Below are positions 44,601 through 46,792 of a stretch of DNA of 46,792 bases, piece after piece. This DNA is from Fibrobacterota bacterium (GTDB lineage: Bacteria > Fibrobacterota > Fibrobacteria > UBA11236): assembly GCA_043753995.1 (NCBI GenBank), contig JAYUVP010000279.1, forward strand, positions 1 to 46,792, read 5' to 3'. How positions within the stretch are numbered: position 1 is the stretch's first letter; the number at the start of each line of letters is the position of its first letter. The notes below the pieces were generated by a model. That model saw nothing but the letters and a program-made list of their open reading frames with translations. It was not told the DNA's origin and did not search any database. The position numbers and the translations under genes are program-made.

Positions 44601-46792
44601 CGGCGTGTGACCAAGTCGCTCGGTATCATACTTGCTTTAAAGGCACGGGCACGAACCAAAGTCGTACCGCCAATAACTATGCCCTTAAGCGGATCATAGA
44701 GCGCCGAGGTGATGCCATTGGCCGTGGGTTCGTCACCGTTAAGGGTATACCAAATGCTTGCATCGGACGGGGTTGCGGAAAGAGTGACATTCACCGTGCC
44801 CTGAAAACTCGAATCGGTAGGCATTGGGAGGGCCAGGGCAACCTTACCCGGGGGAGCATAGGTGTATTCACGAACCAGAATATCGCTAGTCGTCAGGCCA
44901 TTCTTATAGGCCTGTGCCCTAAGGGTCGTGGTCGTGTCTATGGCCAAGGGGCTTGCGGGATCAAAAATGGGGCTTTGAGCATTGAGATTCACATTGTTTA
45001 GGGTATAGCGAATCGTCGTTCCGACTGTGTCCGTTCTCAAGGTGACGAGCAAGCGTGAGCTGAAGGTCGAACTGGGAATATTGGTTTTGGGCAAATCGAT
45101 TTTCGGCAATTGAACGGTCAACTTGGCTTGATTACTGAAGCTGAAAGTGGTGTTGTCTTGCCAATCCACATCGGAACCCGCTACCATACAGAAATAATTC
45201 CCACTGTCAATCATTTGAATATTGCGAAGCGTCAAGGTCGGCGACGTAGCACCTGGAACATTGATCCAATCCTTTTTCCACTGGTAGACAATGGGAGGGG
45301 TTGCCGACGCCACCACCGTGACCTTTACTGAATCTCCGACCGTCGCGATTTGGCTAGCCGTGGGCTGAACACTGAAGGTGGGCTTGACCGGAGCCGGTTT
45401 GACGGTGACGGTACAAGTTTTACTGGTAGCGCTGGGATTGACGCCATTGGTGATTAAAACTCGATACCGTCCGCTTGCGTTTTCGGTTACCAAATCAATG
45501 CGATAGGTCGGAGAATTGGTACCGATATCGATCGTCTTCCCCTTTGTATCAGTGAATTGCCATTGATAGGACACAGCGGGATAGGTTGCAGGCGAAATCG
45601 TGACACTTAGGGAAAGGGTTTCCTTCACCCTAAGTGATATGGCGGTATTTTGAAAGTCCGCTGCTAAAGTGGGAGCCCGTGGCATAGGCGTGATATTGAT
45701 AGTTAAGGTTTTTGTATCAATGCCTACGGAATTTTGCACACGTGCCTGAGTGGAATAGTTGCCAGCGACCCTGGGTGTCCCCGAAATGATTCCGGTATTT
45801 GCGTCCAATTGCAAGCCGGCTGGCAGGGTGCCCGTAGTAAAGGTGAAAGGGCTCGTACCGGAAGCCGTTAAACGAAAACTGAAAGACGTTCCAACCGTGT
45901 CGGTGACCGAGAGGTTCACATTGAATACGGGTGCTGTCGGCGCAGCCCCTACATTCACCGTTAATGTATCGGTAATGGTGCCGGCGTCATTGGTGGCGCG
46001 AATCGCAACGCGAGAAGGTCCCACCTCATTAGGTGTCCCCGTAAGCGTTCCGTTGGATGTCAATAGAAACCAAGAAGGGGGGCTAACGGCAGAAAAGGTG
46101 ATGGTGGGGGACCCGCTGGCCGTGACACGAAAATTGATAGGCGTTCCGACCGTAGCCGTTAGGCTTCGGCTACTAGTAAAGGTGGGGCGCGTCGGCGTTA
46201 CGGTCAAGGTCGCGGTAGCCCGGGCCGTGGGCGAAATAGAATTTGACGCCACCACCGAATAAATCGCGCCACTATTCGCAAGGCTGAGAACACCCGTAGT
46301 ATAGGTAGATGCGTCGGCACTGCTGATGCTCGTGTCATTGCGAAACCATTGATAGGTCGGCACCGGATTACCTCGGGCTGTTACGCTGAAAGTCGCGGTT
46401 TGGCCATCGGAAACCGAGGTATTTCTTGGGGCAACCGTGATAATGGGTGCAAATTGAACTGTTAATAAGGCTTCGGTACTGGTGTCCTCTCCCGCGCTAT
46501 TAAAAGCAATGGCGCGAAAGCGCGCGCCATTGTCAGACGTGTCAGCGACTCGGGAGTAAACCGAATCCAAGATGCCAGAGATGTCGATTCGATTTCTTTG
46601 CCAGCGCACGGAAGGTTTAGGATTACCCGTGGCTGAGACTGCAAATTTGGCGGGGCTTCCTGCAGTGACGATGATGCTATTGGGATTAGTGACTATGGGC
46701 AGGGAGTTCAATGGATTTACGGTGAGCAGGCCGGCCCCAGAAGTGACTGGCGTGCCGACACCATTGCTTGCAACAACCGTCACCAACCCTCC
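41639..46792 (-). CDS. Giant secreted or surface protein (5' end outside the window): Ig-like, He_PIG-like and chitobiase C-terminal/Fn3-associated repeats, T9SS-like C-terminal domain
   Basis: Frame stays open to the right edge; about 4 Ig repeats (F-x-V-x-A-x-G-x-P...YQW), 2 He_PIG-like repeats (GTLTGTP, GIISGTP), 6 IxYTL(N/D)G-type repeats, GWNLVG/GYW segments, terminal NATGRVL...SGILFLRM. Confidence 0.85.
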   Translation of the reverse strand, partial: GGLVTVVASNGVGTPVTSGAGLLTVNPLNSLPIVTNPNSIIVTAGSPAKFAVSATGNPKPSVRWQRNRIDISGILDSVYSRVADTSDNGARFRAIAFNSAGEDTSTEALLTVQFAPIITVAPRNTSVSDGQTATFSVTARGNPVPTYQWFRNDTSISSADASTYTTGVLSLANSGAIYSVVASNSISPTARATATLTVTPTRPTFTSSRSLTATVGTPINFRVTASGSPTITFSAVSPPSWFLLTSNGTLTGTPNEVGPSRVAIRATNDAGTITDTLTVNVGAAPTAPVFNVNLSVTDTVGTSFSFRLTASGTSPFTFTTGTLPAGLQLDANTGIISGTPRVAGNYSTQARVQNSVGIDTKTLTINITPMPRAPTLAADFQNTAISLRVKETLSLSVTISPATYPAVSYQWQFTDTKGKTIDIGTNSPTYRIDLVTENASGRYRVLITNGVNPSATSKTCTVTVKPAPVKPTFSVQPTASQIATVGDSVKVTVVASATPPIVYQWKKDWINVPGATSPTLTLRNIQMIDSGNYFCMVAGSDVDWQDNTTFSFSNQAKLTVQLPKIDLPKTNIPSSTFSSRLLVTLRTDTVGTTIRYTLNNVNLNAQSPIFDPASPLAIDTTTTLRAQAYKNGLTTSDILVREYTYAPPGKVALALPMPTDSSFQGTVNVTLSATPSDASIWYTLNGDEPTANGITSALYDPLKGIVIGGTTLVRARAFKASMIPSDLVTRRYVLTQAKPKVPSLIAQPASLRFTDSLKVELSTNKDSVRIWYTLDGSSPFTSATRKQVFGLILVDRPLTLKAFAERDNWLPSDSLVLNYVQAPTLVIDPKDDVDFDTNVTVTVEAKPAGTSIYCTLDGSQPLDEMLLPVSSSILYKSPFFFTQQTTLHCVALGKNKIPSDTLLRFYNWIPEGANLLAPVAEPSGRVFRDTQKVSLRGSRKKLNIYYTLNGTNPDPLVSPLYVDTLRLDSTTTLRAIATLPGYVNSPVMMETYTLIPDTPRASPTGGIKVGNAKVVLKHRSKKVKLYYTLNGEIPIPGSAEEFLPGDTISITTSSTLKAVGVVGNLASSVLVENYSIIPASSYVLFPGTTYQIEGTPLSLSHASEPAVPVVISLFSADSLDLKGFGDVSFGMDIKPTLAPSSNLPGFPSILFNKPSDEKRSLYRVATDGKVYFVSNSDSILILEAGVYFLGQDQQKPIVTFLGDEIVAGDSTQISFRILDNVANLLFDFSRSDAPKAGINQGPFMSPGELNFRLKSPNGELQALTASLSVSDGTFSVRIPEGANQRLLLSQKLTGAQSGKAIRIGLKTARSWDLVSFPVQPLVPLTVGQFWQTNATSSHKTMTFNLKRNWVELKDDTTFVPGQGYWIASETALNSVKLPAMQTAPPEQGQIRITLKLGWNLVGTPQPQKMYWPFPRNLGSTYGQSIVKAPWEFRPETNEYVPSDSLEPWRGYWVYSYGDAVVVLSQTPVFSTVGLAKAAGQAFIRLSIQTSKGSAVEIGAMTGVADGLGMEDEPVIPQNEGRGSLKVIRENRELQSDWIAYKPAAFMTWKLLNVHGLGSETSEEVSLQMKSGTLPPGYDAVLVSPRRRIHYPLDPNSPIPASIDPLDTLSVWVAPQALIKAALRGYTAGPPPFSGSLVHAGGQWGLRLDLPEVAGVSWLLCNATGRVLMRGQERKAEGRHWVPLDTHTAGSGILFLRMEIQGHTLRRALTYRFATLPR

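Noticed and set aside
45759..46262. 167-aa plus-strand ORF (and the many other antisense or alternate-frame ORFs in the track)
   Set aside because: Antisense shadows of well-supported genes; Val/Pro/Gly-rich mirror composition, expected in GC-rich coding DNA.
1..46792. CRISPR array, rRNA, tRNA, integrase, transposase or prophage genes
   Set aside because: No regularly spaced repeats, RNA gene signatures, or recombinase/DDE/phage motifs were seen by eye.
46784..46792. TTG start with GGAGGG as a ribosome-binding site for the giant protein
   Set aside because: No spacer between them, the frame stays open to the edge, the sequence begins mid-Ig domain, and there is no signal peptide.

Overview
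Bacterial chromosomal segment (moderately GC-rich), densely coding, mostly housekeeping and envelope genes. Gene content (long LepB, Big_5-type lipoprotein, Bacteroidota-type PEP carboxylase, T9SS-like C-terminal domain, a Lys-rich CxxxxC...CxxH protein I associate with Fibrobacterota) suggests an FCB-group organism, probably Fibrobacterota (inference). Recognisable genes are murI, gdhA, pyrD, an NfuA/NifU protein, a LarA-like protein, an HD-GYP protein, ppc, class I fumarase, S41/M20/M23 peptidases, lepB, a Ser/Thr kinase, a DnaQ-DinG fusion, lptE, dapF, a two-component pair, an ABC exporter and the 3' part of a giant Ig/Fn3-associated repeat surface protein. I saw no rRNA, tRNA, CRISPR array, integrase or transposase, and no complete known defence system. 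Best leads: (1) a DEDDh exonuclease fused to a DinG-like body with all helicase and Fe-S motifs eroded, abutting a membrane Ser/Thr kinase; (2) a 111-aa orphan with histone-fold-like spacing ending in LCPIWPFC; (3) a stand-alone double C3H zinc-finger basic protein with its own promoter, structured leader and terminator; (4) a SEC-C/MbcA-like + DxxGxDxY solenoid + HEAT operon; (5) a dispersed 14-bp palindromic mini-element flanked by TAA direct repeats; (6) a degenerate stand-alone CheB; (7) a promoter-proximal terminator at the left edge. All assignments come from reading motifs by eye; no database searches were run.
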